In this document: in pieces, positions 50,201 through 63,591 of the stretch
How positions within the stretch are numbered: the stretch's first letter is position 1
How the letters are laid out: each line of letters starts with the position of its first letter
Origin: Lingula anatina
Taxonomy: Eukaryota > Animalia > Brachiopoda
Direction: 5' to 3'
NCBI GenBank assembly: GCA_051362555.1
Contig: CM120641.1
Span: forward strand, 29,394,401 to 29,458,400
DNA length: 64,000 bases
Notes under the pieces: generated by a model
Told to the model about the DNA's origin: nothing
Database searches by the model: none
The model's input: the letters and a program-made list of their open reading frames with translations, nothing else
Program-made: the position numbers and the translations under genes

Positions 50201-52092
50201 AGACGAGCACTCTACCGCTTAAGCCATCCGCCCAGAGACCGCGGCGAGGAGGCAGTCCTGATCGTCGTTCAAGGGACATCGCCCTAGAGGCCTGATTGGG
50301 CTTAACGGTCTCTGCCCGGGTTTCCGGTGAACGGCGACTTGCACGAACCGCATTTTATAACGCTTCGGTAATTTGAACCGTATTTCTTTTTTGTTTTCCG
50401 ATCATGAGCCGTATTTTTAATGCGTGGCCTGATTTTCTTACCAGACTAGTGCGTGAACCGTATTTTTTCACGAAATTTTTACGAGAATAGTAATAAAAAA
50501 ATGATAAAGAAAAGCGGTCTTTCAAGACCAGGTTGCGTGCAGTGGACATATTTCCTTAAGGCAGACATTTGAAAGATACGTCGCCGGCTCGAGGCCACGC
50601 GATCAGCCCAAAGGTATCCCGGGTATTGCTTAATCTTTGGTCAAGCATATGAGTACTGGCAGAATCGACCAGATAGCTAGTCGGTCTTTCGGAGCACGCC
50701 GGGCACTCGGGCCTCGTCGCTGCGACAGCTATACTTTTTTTTTTTTTTACCCGACGCCCGGGGGACCAGGCCAGTCGGGTTAAGCCAAGGGGCACGGAGA
50801 GCCCTCCTCCCTCCGTCGACCGACAGGGAGTTCCCACCAACTTCACCGTCAAGGGTCGGTAAGGGTGCCGCGCCCCAAGCCGCCGTGAACGGCAGACACC
50901 TCGTATCTTCAAGGGACCATAGGCGGTGGACCCCAGAATCGAACGCTGACAGTCACCTCCTTGCGAGGGCGGCCTCAGCTCTACAGACATGCTGGTCAAG
51001 CGGTTACCGGCAACCGACTTGCTTCTCGGGACCGTGCTACGCCCGGGCTGCTTTTAAGAAGCTCGGGGGCCTCTCGACCGGGTTGAGCCAAGGGGCACGA
51101 AGAGTCCTCCTCCCTTCGTCGACCGACAGGGAGTTCCCACCGACTTCATTTTTACCGTCAAGGGTCGGTAAGGGTGTCGCGCCCCAAGCCGCCGTGAACG
51201 GCAGACACCTCGTACTTTTCGGGGCCCGTAGGCGGAGGACCCCAGATTCGAACGCAGACCGTCACCTCCTTGCGAGGGAGGCCTCAGCTCTACGGATATA
51301 CTGGTCAAGCGGTTACCGGCAACCGACTTGCTTCTCGGGACCGTGCTACGCCCCGGCTGCTTTTAAGAAGCTCGTGGGCCTCTCGCCCGGGCAGCCACTG
51401 AATCGCCTTCGCCTCACAGTGAGAGAGACTTCTGCTTCGCTACGGATAGTCTTGCTCGAGCCTTGCCCGAGTGTCCGAGCTCCACTGCTCTCCACATATG
51501 TATAGTGTCGGCATTTGACAATTCGCTCGCAGCGACCAGATAAAAGTCGAGACGGCCAGGCGTAAACCGCATTTTTTTATGGCACCGTAACGAGAAGGCA
51601 GTTTTGATAAACGTTCAAGGGGCTTCGAAGCGCCTCGGCAGTGGAGGGCCGACCGGTTATTGAGTTTAACGGTCTTTGCCTGGCCTCCTGTCGGTGAATG
51701 GCAACTTTTACAGGTATGTCCCGGCTGAGGATCGAACCCGTGCCCTACCGCACCGGAGACGAGCACTCTACCGCTTAAGCCATCCGCCCAGAGACCGCGG
51801 GGAGGAGGCAGTCCTGATCGTCGTTCAAGGGACATCGCCCTAGAGGCCTGATTGGGCTTAACGGTCTCTGCCCGGGTCTCCGGTGAACGGCGACTTGCGT
51901 GAACGGCATTTTATAACGCTTCGGTTATTTGAACCGTATTTATTTGTTTTCCGATCATGAGCCGTATTTTTAATGCGTGGACTGATTTTCTTACCAGACT
52001 AGTGCGTGAACCGTATTTTTTCACGAATTTTTTACTAGAAAAATTAGAAAATGATAAAGAAAAGAGGTCTTTCAAGACCAGGTTCCGGGCAG

Positions 52093-52235
52093 TGGCAGAC
52101 ATTTGAAAGATATGTCGCCGGCTCGAGGCCATGTGTTTAGCCCAAAGGTATCCCATGTTGGATACATGGTTGGGCCGGAGCCCGATTGACAGGTTGGGCC
52201 GGAGCCCGATTGGTTTTGATCTAATAGAAGCGCTC
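52093..52235 (-). pseudogene. Longer, more diverged 18S fragment including V2, at the array edge
   Basis: GAGCGCTTCTATTAGATCAAAACCAATCGGGCTCCGGCCC... matches 18S GCGCTTTTATTAGATCAAAACCAATCGG; carries a local ~25-bp duplication. Confidence 0.85.
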
Positions 52236-53809
52236 TAATTAATAGCGAATTCTAAGAAATTGTTCATTTGAAAACTCTTGAATATAATAAGCACAAGTTT
52301 TCTATGGGAACCTCAGTTCACAATTCCGTTTTCTATGTTTTTCCATAGAAAACTGTGAATTGTGAACTGAGAAGTGCGAATTGTTATCAACTGCCAACGC
52401 AAGTTAATCCCGCTATCTTATAAAATGTGTCAGATTTCCCTTCTTAAAAATTAAGAATAATGTAGAATAATTCCAAAATTTCCATCAGGCAAGAATGCAG
52501 TATAATATAAAAAAAGACAACAAGTCTTGTTCCGATTCTTGATTTTAGCACATTTTTTAAAAATTATTTTATGTGATTACTCAGTGCGTGTGGAAAGAAG
52601 GTTAGGCCGTCCCTTTTTTACCTCAGTTCTTCCAGTCAAAAATTCATTTATTTTCAGCACGGCAAGTACCTGACAGCTTAATCAATGAACAACTCCGATT
52701 GTTTGTTCCAGTGACGTGACTTTTGAATCAAGTTGGTAATGTGTCTGCTCGGCTGCCAGACCGACCCATTAATCACGTAATTAGTTGACTTCTTAATTAG
52801 ACAAATTTCCATCTGTGATTGTTTATATCAAACCACATGACATTTGAATTTAGTTGTGAATGTCAACTCGGGTGTCAAATCTTGTCATTAATCAGTAAAT
52901 TAGTTGACTCTCGAGTCTAGTGAAATGTTTGACATTCGGCGGCTCTAGTAATTGGGAAACAAGCTGCCACACGTTACTATCCGCTCTGAGAGATAAATGA
53001 ACATTGTATTTCAAACTATGCACCATGAAATTATTCTGTCGATTTAAAATTCATGTTTGAGTCGTTCTAAAAGATAATGCTACGTACTTGCACAAACAAA
53101 GTAGCAACTTCACCGGTTAGCATACTTTAAGTGGAATATACCGGCAAATGTTAGGCTGCCAGTTTAATGTGACGGTTGTACACAACTTGCTTCTCTAAGT
53201 TACGGGTTACTGTTTGTTGTTGACAACGCATACGTGCATTGGTTATGGCAGTTTTTAGAAGTCCTGTGTTGTAAACAATTGAGTCACATGTTTCGCATAT
53301 GATGGGGATTAATTCGAAGACACGCTTGCTGTGTAAGATAACTTGTAACGATTTTTGAAGTCTTGTGCTATACGTTATAAAAATATTGCAGTTTGATAAC
53401 TGAGTTTGGTGAATTTGGTACTATTGTAGGGCTGGGGCTCATTGAGGTAGGTCTGCATATTTAGCTGCGTTAGATGTGCGGAGAGACCGGTTGCTCGCCC
53501 CTGCTAGAACATTATCTCAGACCATGACGCTCGTACATCTATAACCGTTTGCGCAGTTTGTGGTTAGATGTGCCTTACTTACTAAAAAACGCAATAATAA
53601 AATGAAAACAAATTAATGAATTAAGAGAGGATGGAATTAAATTTATGGACATTTGAGCTATGAAACCAATGTAATAGATTGTACTTATTTAGAATTGTCT
53701 AAATAAAAACCTTTAATTCAAGTCTTTCAGACACGGGTGACAGCAATTTTGTTGTTACCCTGCATGTCAAGCGTAAAACATGTCAAGGTCCACTAATTGG
53801 GTACTATCT

Positions 53810-53945
53810 CGCTTGCCAATCTTAATCTCTGCGAAATTCCCGGTAATGCGTTCAAATGCGCAAGTAAGCCTTGGGTGCCTGATTGGTTGATTTCGCGATA
53901 CGAGTGAATGACTGGATTCAAAGGCTTCCCTTGACCACGTGACTA
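53810..53945 (+). promoter_or_regulatory. Candidate SMOC promoter elements
   Basis: GCCAAT (~53815), GATTGG (~53881) and an E-box CACGTGAC (~53936), ~430-560 nt upstream of the ATG. Motif-only evidence. Confidence 0.3.
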
Positions 53946-54371
53946 GTCTTATTTTAGTCTCTACATTTGGGGTGGCTTACACTGCAGTCAATGGAATAGT
54001 TCTTTCTATGTTTGTCTCGACGTCGGTTGGTTTTCAGAGCGGATAATCTTACACGCATCTGCAGCACGCGATAGTGATGCGGTAGTGCTGTCCAGACAAG
54101 TCCGTATCTAGGTTGTGTAGAGACATTACAACGCAGTGCTTACCGTTCACTGGAGGATATACAGTGGAGGTTTATTGCGGAGTGTTCGTTGCGGACCATT
54201 TGAATTTAAGATACAGCTGACACCATTAAAAAAACTAACGCGATTAAGAGAGCAACTTGGTTGAAACTTGAGCCAAGGTGGAAAATCCTAAACGAAGAAC
54301 ACAACTACAACTGAAGTGGGCTTACTTAAGGATATAGTATTCATCGGAGTATTAACCGACTAGACTCAAAT

Positions 54372-54464
54372 ATGTCGAGCACAAGACTTCACCACTGGAA
54401 GCACAGTCTGATGATGTTAGTGTTAGTGTGCGGGTGGATACAAGGGGGATTTGCCACAATACAG
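54372..54464 (+). CDS. SMOC: SMOC-like gene exon 1 (signal peptide)
   Basis: Encodes MSSTRLHHWKHSLMMLVLVCGWIQGGFATIQ with donor CAG|GTGGGT; phase 0 matches the Kazal exon. Confidence 0.65.
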
Positions 54465-54467
54465 GTG

Positions 54468-54530
<63 letters not shown>

Positions 54531-54686
54531 TGGTAGACCAGTACCATGGCAGCTTTTAAAAGGCCAGTCACGGTCACAGTAGTTATGCGATATGCTTTTA
54601 TGTAAAAATTTACGTGCAGTATCTGTCCCGTGATAGCCGTATCTGTGCTGCTCTAATACAGTGGAAAGCTGCACACAGCTCTTTAG

Positions 54687-54716
54687 TCATTTCCTGTGGA
54701 ATTATTAATGCAACAG
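54687..54716 (+). CDS. Possible 30-nt SMOC microexon (SFPVELLMQQ)
   Basis: ctttag|...CAG|GTAAGG with a strong donor; phase 0-0. Confidence 0.4.
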
Positions 54717-55878
54717 GTAAGGTGCAATTTTCTGTTATCATACGTATGTAAAATATTAGAAATGCTGTCACTCACAGGAGATGATAAAACTAATTTGAGC
54801 GTGATATCTTATCTTTTCACTTTACCTATTTTTCCACGTGTGCATGAAGCACTGAATTACTGCAGTCATGTTCGATCGGGATTATTTAATTAAGTAAACT
54901 TTATGTTGAGCACGTTCTTTTAATATGACACTCGCAGCTCTTTGAGAGAGGGAGAGGGCAATTTGAAGCGGACTAGCTTTTCTTAACATTGGTACGCCCT
55001 GGTCTACTCGGGCTTAATCTTTGTCACAGTCACAATGATTAACGTTTTCTTTTACGTTAATAATATAAGTTGATATAAAGCGCTCATTCTAAGTCCAATA
55101 CAATCTACGTCACTATATTAGTCAGTAATAACACTCTAACCCATTGATATGCTGCGGGGCATTTTCAACTTGAAAAAAGTCAAGCACAATTCAGAGTTTT
55201 TGTTTACTTGGTTTAAATGCAGTCTAATACCCTGTACATAGGCCCCTTTTCTTTGAAGCAAAGTTTAAGGGGTAAGAAAAATGACAGATAAAAATACTGA
55301 ATCGCTAGTCGAGAACAAAACGTGCCATTTCTCGAGCTTCATTAATTGTTGAACAAACAACCTGGAAGTGCGAAAGATCAGATGCTTCCTGGCGATATTT
55401 GTTGATAGTAATAATCACGTTTCAGATATTTGTTTCATAATTTGAAAACGCAAGCCGCTCCTCCTGTACCTAAACAAGAGTAGAAAAACCGAGTGGCAGA
55501 CTCTGTCCTCCAGCTATTATTCTTTCTATTATATCGAGTCACCAATCTATTTTTATTTCTTAAATTCCCGTCACAATATTTACTATTGTTGACAGGTATA
55601 GCCTTCAATAGACGTGATTTACACACTTGTAGTGAGTGGGATTTATAATCGACTAGGTCCTCTCTTTAGGGATATAATATGACTTAATGCGGCCCTATTC
55701 ACGCAAGTTTACTTTAAGATGAGTGAGTTTTGAGAAAAAGCGTGAAGCCAAAGCTGGTATTCTGTCGGTCTCGCTGCGCTAAAAGCACTCGGGCACGAGG
55801 TTAAGTGCGAACCGCTTCAACGTCGAGGTAAAGGAAAGGGCAAACCGTGTCGGTTATTTGGGGGAGGTTTCAGTCTCA

Positions 55879-55947
<69 letters not shown>

Positions 55948-58900
55948 TTGTTAACTATCCAGTCAATGTTCTACAACATTTGAGGAAATGAAAGTCTTGT
56001 TCTCAACGAAACCAAATACCCCAGGAATATCAGTCAATACTGACCACGAACTCTCACGTCCATCGCCAATATCAACCCTGCTGTCTCAGTCCGACCAGTT
56101 CTAATAACAGATTAAACAGATTTAACGGTGTTTGCTTTTTTCCCCATAAAATTAGCGCTTGTTAATTTTAACTATAATGTATGAAAAACAGGCGTTACAA
56201 CGGCACAGGTACCCCAGGTTTTACGTGCATCTCAGCTTGTTTACCGTTGAAGTTATTGGCAAGTTAGAGGAAGGCATCAGTTTTGAGTCTTGAAATCATT
56301 TTTTCATTAGGCACCGCAGCCTTTTATGTGCCGATGGCAATGAGATTACGTTTTTGACTTCACTGTTGGAAAAATGGAATAGGCAGATTGCGGGTAGTAA
56401 AGCCCGTAAACCCCGAACACGCTGACTGGGTAATAAAACAACGGTGATAATTCTACTCACACCCTGGACTTCAGTCTTAACTTCACGATTATTGAAATCC
56501 TTCTCCGTCCTAAGTTCTCGACAGTTTACATTTCTGTACTTAATTACTGGACCCCATAAAGCGGCACTTATTTTCGTTCCATATTTCAGTAAAAGAGAGG
56601 ATGTGGTTTGAGCGAAAACGGTATGCACTAACCGCTCGTTTATTTTCTTGCTTGGGATGTACATTTTCTCCTGTCCTCCCATGCAGCGATGTTAAGAGCT
56701 TCCAGAATGGTGCTATGTAGCTTTTACAAAATAGCGTTTTTAATGGAAAATGACGTTGTTAAGTGGAGATGTTGGTTAAAAAAGCCACACCTCCCTTGTA
56801 CTATTTATGTACGCCGCATGGTCGTTACTGCTTTGCGGGAAAAGAGAATAAACATTCACGCCCCCATAGATAGCGACGTACAGAAGCGGTCTACATAGCC
56901 ACAAAACTTCTTGTGATGGATTCATAGAAGCAAGAACTACGTATTTTGTTCAATATCGCAGTCACACTTGAGAACAACCCAAAGCTTGAAAATACTTATT
57001 TCCGTTGTTATCAGCAAAGGACAAAACGATTCAGAAAGATGAAAAATGATGAGACGGAGGTAAGATAATGCAGCGTGCCGGGGTGATAGGACATATCTAT
57101 ATTTGGTTTTTGTGCAATTTCCTGGCAATGATGAATAATGCCAAGCTTACACTTGTTGGCCTTTGTCCAATAGATGAGTTGCCCAAAAAATTGAAAGTAG
57201 AAAAAAATATTCCATATTTCATAGAAGAGTTCTGAATTTTTCCCGTTTCCCACGTTCCCTTGATAGGACGATAAAGCTAAATTCAAACCGATTGTGGAAC
57301 TGCTTCAAGTAGAACAAGGTGACAAAGAACGTGCTTTCCCGCTGTCTTAGGAACTTACCCAGGCACGTGGCTTGCTATGCACCAACTCCCTCGCAGGTGT
57401 ACAGCTGGAGAGGTGCGAATAGTCCGCATTCAAACAATAGTGATCGAATAACAATCTTAATTAAACTGAGTTCATTTGCTGCTCAGGTGTGTGGACCAGA
57501 TTTGCGCACCTGAGCCAACAATGAGACACGCCACTTTTGAACTCGTGTGACAAAATGCTGTGGTGCACTGGTGACTTGAATTAAAAGATTTATGCACAGT
57601 TACCTAAGTATACCGGTACATGTACCAACTTCCTCGTATTTTATTTTTAAATAAATCAGTCGATTACTTATTTTATGCCCGTGCACCCGCACATGATACC
57701 GTAGCTGTCTTGTGAAGCGGGCAAACACCTCACAGCCCATTTAGATTAACACGGGATTTAACCTTGGCGTAAAAAAAAACTTATTAACAAGTTCATTTTA
57801 ATTCTTTGGATACAAACAGCCAAATGAAAGACCGTCTGTGGTATTTCGAATCCACTGCCTTCTTTCAGCCACATTATACAGTGTTCACTTGATATGCGTT
57901 TTATTTCCCTACCTAATTATTACCAGTCATGAAAAAGTACTAAAGAAGTAGTGCACTCCACTCCCCCATTCAAACACCGACCAGTGCAAGCACAGAATAA
58001 AAGTTCGTTGGTGTCATCTTTGGAATCTCAAAGACATGGTTCACACGGGTTTTCTCAGGTTTTATAGTATATTGAAGGACATGGTCCCGTAATTTTAACT
58101 ATAAGGTATATGCTGTTGTCATGTCATTGTCGGGACTGCTAGCCTCATTTGCAGGTCTGGTGCTGGTGACTTTGATTTTAGCGTCTCTTGGGCAAGTCAC
58201 CTTCCGGTGTTGGGCGTAGATTACACCCTGGGTTTCACGTGACGGTAAGGGCAAACTGTGAATAGGAGAGTCATCCTTTAGACCACGAAACACAGGGTTG
58301 CAGTTTAAGCCGTATTAAACAAAAAGAATCTGGGTGCATTGGAAGCGCTTGATAACTTGTGATACCAGGGTTTCCAAACCAAAATGACATATTATTGAGA
58401 GCACATCAACTCCTTTCGTCGCCGTACCCATTAAGCATTTCGTGCAGTTTTGGGGAGTACCAGTATGAGTAACCGCTGCCCTTTTATTCATTGCAAACCC
58501 GTCCTCGTTCCCTTTGTGCAAGGGAACACAAATTCTCTGTCTATCACACACAAGGCAAATTATTAAGTTCTAAATTTCCCATATTAGCTTTTAAGCGTTT
58601 TATATCTGTGATTTCATTCGAAAAATTGAATTCTTCGTCAACACAAAACCTTGCTTATTTGAATGCCTTTTTCAGGTGGTGCGACGCGACCGCTCTATTA
58701 ACAAATTGTTCGTGGTGGTACATAGTGGTTGGAAATGATCCGGTGTTTAGGGCAAAATTGTATTCAACTTATAATGCACAGGTGAACGGGGTCTGAAACG
58801 AGATGGCTGTAGAATTTAAAGCAGTTTCCGACATCCCACCACCATGCAACTGTTCGCCTTTTACAGATTTTCAAAACTGCTTCTTCAAAAGTGATACAAA

Positions 58901-60878
58901 AACATAATATTGTTCTATGAAAAGATATTAAAACCTGCTGCAGCAGTAAGGGAGACTCCAAAAAGTTTTTTTTATGCGGTGCTACAGATCTGTTCAGACA
59001 AGGGCTACTTTCGACCGGAACTCGGTCTGGTTTACGTCGTTGGATGACTAGATTTATTTTGCATAGTTTTCATATCTGTGGTTCACTTGGTTATTTTTAT
59101 GATGAGGGTAGGGTCACAAAGATACTTGGATTTGAAAAGTCAGATTTTCGATGTAAAGAGCCCAAATTAGAAAGCGTTCAATTCTAAATGTTATTGGACT
59201 TTGACATATATCCACCTATACACTGCTAACTATGCAATTCTTTCAATAATGTCACAGTAAATTTTATATGCACTTGATATGCCCCCATCTTATGTTTCCC
59301 CAAAATGTTATCTTTCTTATTTGCCCTCTAATTCTTTCCAGAGCTTAAATGCCCTTCCATATTAAATATCTTTGTAGTGTAAGAGCAACAAAACAAAACT
59401 GAGGCATAGCCTAAGGCAAATTATTAGAAGTCAGATTGAAAAAAAAAAACGATAAATACCATAAATAAGCAAAGGTGACATATAATATTCTTTTAAACCA
59501 TCCCTGTTAGGGAAACTCCTTCGGACATGTATGACTTCTGTGACATAAAACTTAGAAAATTAAAAATAAAAAACTTAAGAATCATTTGTAAAAGAGGTTA
59601 GAATAAAGGAAGTAATCATGTTTTAATTTGTTGAACTAAAACTGCACACCAAACGTAAAATCTTGCGTCTCTTCTTAAAGAAAATCCACTTAGTAGCTGA
59701 TGAATATTATAGAGATATAACTAACAGTTTAAAATGTTATTTACATGCATGTCCTCAGACAGAGAAGAAACCCGTGTTGCAGGAGTATGGCATATGTCAG
59801 CATGCATTTCTGTGGGATCCGTTTTTAGTGGCCTTCAAACGTATAAAATATAAATAAAACTTGGGCATTTTGCACAGAACAATTGGATACTTCACATCGC
59901 TGACATACAGCTGGTTGGATGCCATTAAGCGTACAAATCGTTCACTGCTGTTTCTTGTTTCTTGGTGTGAAAAGCGTTTGTTCCTGAATGTACCAGAATG
60001 TTTTAAATTTGTGCAGCCACGGGTGCTCAATATCCCCAGGTTACATAAATTGGTCTTGATTTGTGTTTGTTTATATAATTAGAGAGAGATAAATAAATAC
60101 TTACACGTGCAGGTTAGGTTATCTGCCATAACGCAGTAGTCGCTTGCTTTGTCTGTTATCAGAAAAACCTGGGGTAGACAATCAGTGGATGTAAGATACG
60201 CCACGAAAAAACTAAAAAGATTAGCTAACCTTCAATTCTTTATGAGCAGAGGTGGACCAAAAGATAGGGCCTATTTCTCTATGCTACAACACAAAGCAAA
60301 TCACTTGCGGCATCAAAGCAATCTATACACATTTAGCGGGATGTACGAAGTTAAAAAATAGACAAAACCGCTTCTATCATAATAATATGCGTAATTTTAT
60401 CCTGTGTTTTATGTTCAATGAATTCCATTATTGTGATCCATGGTTTCTTTTTAATGGACACTTTCGGTAAAGCAGACCTGAGTGCGTTCATTGCAATACT
60501 GAAATGCTATAGCAGTCGTCTACACAAGGAAGCCAAATTTAACTTTTTAACACATGGTCAGCTGCAAAGGATGAGGGGGGGACGACCCCTTTTGGCCGAT
60601 CAGATGAAGTCGTGTTCTCATTATTTCCTTTTTGATATACTCTGCACTGATTTAAGATATGTGCTCTAGCAGGGCGATAACCCTGAGCCTGCTAAATCTC
60701 CATTCTGATGTTATTTGTAGTATTATTAAATTTGTTTGTTTTTCTCTCAGCTTTGTTTTTGTCTATTTAGCACTGTATACATATACATATATAAATGTGT
60801 ATCTTTATATATTGTGTAAATACTGTAGTCTAGTGAGCCTGCAAATGTATCCTCATACCATTTAGTGCTCAATAAATT

Positions 60879-60914
<36 letters not shown>

Positions 60915-60917
60915 TAG

Positions 60918-61077
60918 AAACGGTCCTCATGCCGGGCTGACAGCTGCACAGATGTCCGACCTCGCCCTGTGTGTGGCAATGATGGGCGTACTTACGAGTC
61001 CAGGTGCGAGCTGAAGAGGGTGAAGGCGTGCGAGGGAAGAAGCGATCTGGAAGTCCGCAGCAAAGGCGAATGCCCAG
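60918..61077 (+). CDS. SMOC: SMOC-like gene Kazal/follistatin exon
   Basis: Encodes C...C...RPVCGNDGRTYESRCEL...C...GEC, phase 0-1. Confidence 0.9.
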
Positions 61078-63105
61078 GTACTGGTGAAGTCGTATCAGAT
61101 TATTTTTTTCATCAATTAACAAATGTTTTTATGTTACACAAGCGACACTCCGATTACACACTTTTTTATACCTTAGTCTCCTTTCCAAATCCCTTTATTT
61201 TGTTCATAATGAGTTTCTGTGAGATATGACGATCTAACTTGGTTAATGGTTAGTACATACAATCCAATTCTTTTTAACAAACGACCATTTGAATCACTTC
61301 AATACACAATCAATGAAACAAACCATTTGCTACAACCAGTTTGATGCCAAGCAATACCGGAATACATTTCACTTGCTCATATTATAAAATGCAATCTACT
61401 TGTGAAGGCCTATCAATCTTTACGTGAATAGTCATATGCCCATTGATACGCCGAAATGTGACCGAGCCGTGATCACTGTCCCTGACTGTTTCGGAAATGG
61501 CGGACAGCAAGATTGATAAAAAGCTTCTTCCACTATTAGGCCCCCTACCTTTATAATCTAAAACATTATTCGTGGCTAATCAGGATTAAGTTGTATAAGG
61601 ATTTGACTTCTATCTCTAATGGTCAAGAAGTCCTCTTTTTATATCATAATGATAGGAGATTTATAGCAATTATTTTAGTTTTCAGTAAGCGAATCTCACT
61701 ACATATTTTGTAAATTCTCTTCAATGTAAATATACGTAATAGGGTTTAGCTGCTATGACGTTTGTCATGTTTTTATGAAATATGAAATTGAAAAGGGACA
61801 TTAACTCGGATTGTTCTCTCTGCGACACATGGTAGATATTTTGTTGGTATAAGTGGGCGTTCAGCGTCACACCTCAATAAAACATTCATTAATTCTAGCT
61901 TGCTGCCAATTGAATAAAAAAGTGGTGACAGGCTGAACTCATTGTTTGAACAATCCATCATCCATTTTATAAATTTATTAAATCGAGTTTTTCTACATGT
62001 TCTTGTGCCTGATATGTGACCCAAAAAGTGGAGCTCCATCTGCCTCCAGAGTATTTACTCTACGTGAGAAAAAGTTCCCTACACTATCAGCAACGGGCGA
62101 ATTGAACACTTAGATGGGATTTTGTATGCGCGCACTTTAATTCGATTAAGATACAATAATTTCGCCGATTAAACAGAACCAGATTAGATTATTTACCTAT
62201 CCGTTGACGCAGAATCATTTTGTGATAAAATATGTTCTTACCATTTGGTGAACACCTGTGTCAAATTTGCTGTAGTCAAAATAGTAATGTGAAAATAGGA
62301 ATTAGGTTTCCAATGGCGGTTAACACAGTGTTTCTTTAAAAGGTTAAAGGGATAGGTTGAAGATGTTTCATTTTTATTGAGTCATTCGGCAAAAAGCATG
62401 GTTTAAAGAATAGTGCGGAATAACACTTTTTTTTACAATTTGGGGTTTAATAAAGAATATAAGTCAATTATTTAAAGTTTTCATTTAAGCTGGTGACTTC
62501 GTCCAACTTTTCCTGAAGCTTTTGAACACTTCTATCTAATACTATCGTCATTAATAGTATAATAATAATCTAATTTTATTACCATTTTGGCTTTTGGAGG
62601 GAGGAGGCATTTGGTATGTTGGGCTTCTACTTTATGAAATTGAAAATAACAGTTTTTAAAATAATGCTCCAGGTTTATTTAAATGTAGAACTTTGCGTTT
62701 ACTCATATTAAACTTTACAGTTCTCACCACGTTCAAAGATGTTACGTATATTTGCATGTGGATATTTGCATATACGTACTTCTTGTTTGTAAGGAAAAAT
62801 CCAGTGATTTCTACTTGTACTGATAAGTAGTGAAATGTCATCACAACAGACAGGGTGATATTACATTCATTTTTTCCCCTTTATAGACACCCAAAACATG
62901 TCACAAAAGATACAGAAACAGTAGACTAAGTATTTTATTAAAAAATAAAATGAAGAGAAATCACAAAATTTATATATAACTCATTTTTAAAAATATTTTT
63001 CTAAAAAATGTATTGATATATCAATCTGGTTGTTCTGACATAACGCAGGAAAGAAATTCTGAATTGCTTCTAAACTGACGAGCCATTTATTTTCCACACG
63101 TTTAG

Positions 63106-63327
63106 ACCCAAATGCATCAAAATGCATGCAGGAGCGTCGCACGGCGCTGAAGACGGTCTCGGAGGGTACGAGTCGGTCTGGGGTGTACGTTCCTCAGTGT
63201 GAGTCTGACGGCAGTTACGCCAAGGTGCAGTGTCATGAAGCGGCGCGCTACTGCTGGTGCGTCAACACCCTGGGCAAACCAATTCCTAACACCTCCACCG
63301 CAATGGGAGAGAAGGTGGTGTGTAGGG
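63106..63327 (+). CDS. SMOC: SMOC-like gene thyroglobulin type-1 exon
   Basis: Encodes KCMQER...YVPQCESDGSYAKVQCH...YCWCV...GKPI. Kazal directly followed by TY is the SMOC domain order. Confidence 0.9.
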
Positions 63328-63555
63328 GTAGGAGACAAAGGAGGACAATTTATTACATGATCTTGCTGTAAAATCATTTAAAAAAACAAATGAACGGATA
63401 TCTATTTTAATAATCGAAGCGAACATTTTTTTGGTTTTGGTTATGCAGCTCAGTCTGTTGAATTTATAATGTTACACTAAGTAAAGGAAAGACGATAACA
63501 CTGATTTCATCTTTGTCTTGTTCAAGATTCATGGCCATGTTTTACTGTCTTTTAG

Positions 63556-63591
63556 CCATGCCCAATCCCACCCCAAGCGGTGGACAGAAGG
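63556..63591 (+). CDS. SMOC: SMOC-like gene short linker exon (gene continues off-window)
   Basis: ttttag|...AAGG|GTAAGC, 36 nt, phase 1-1. Confidence 0.65.

Larger units (their letters stand above)
47184..52240 (-). repeat. rDNA-derived tandem array, right segment: 3 units (1566, 1869 and ~1535 bp) with 2, 3 and 2 ~300-bp subrepeats
   Basis: CCGG junctions at 47184, 48750 and 50619; the last unit is more diverged. Confidence 0.92.

Noticed and set aside
47193-50675. Functional rRNA genes
   Set aside because: Only ~48-nt and ~60-nt 18S pieces with substitutions at conserved positions; no 5.8S or 28S.
55400-60870. Short ORFs in the SMOC intron
   Set aside because: No motifs, splice-phase support or coding-like composition.
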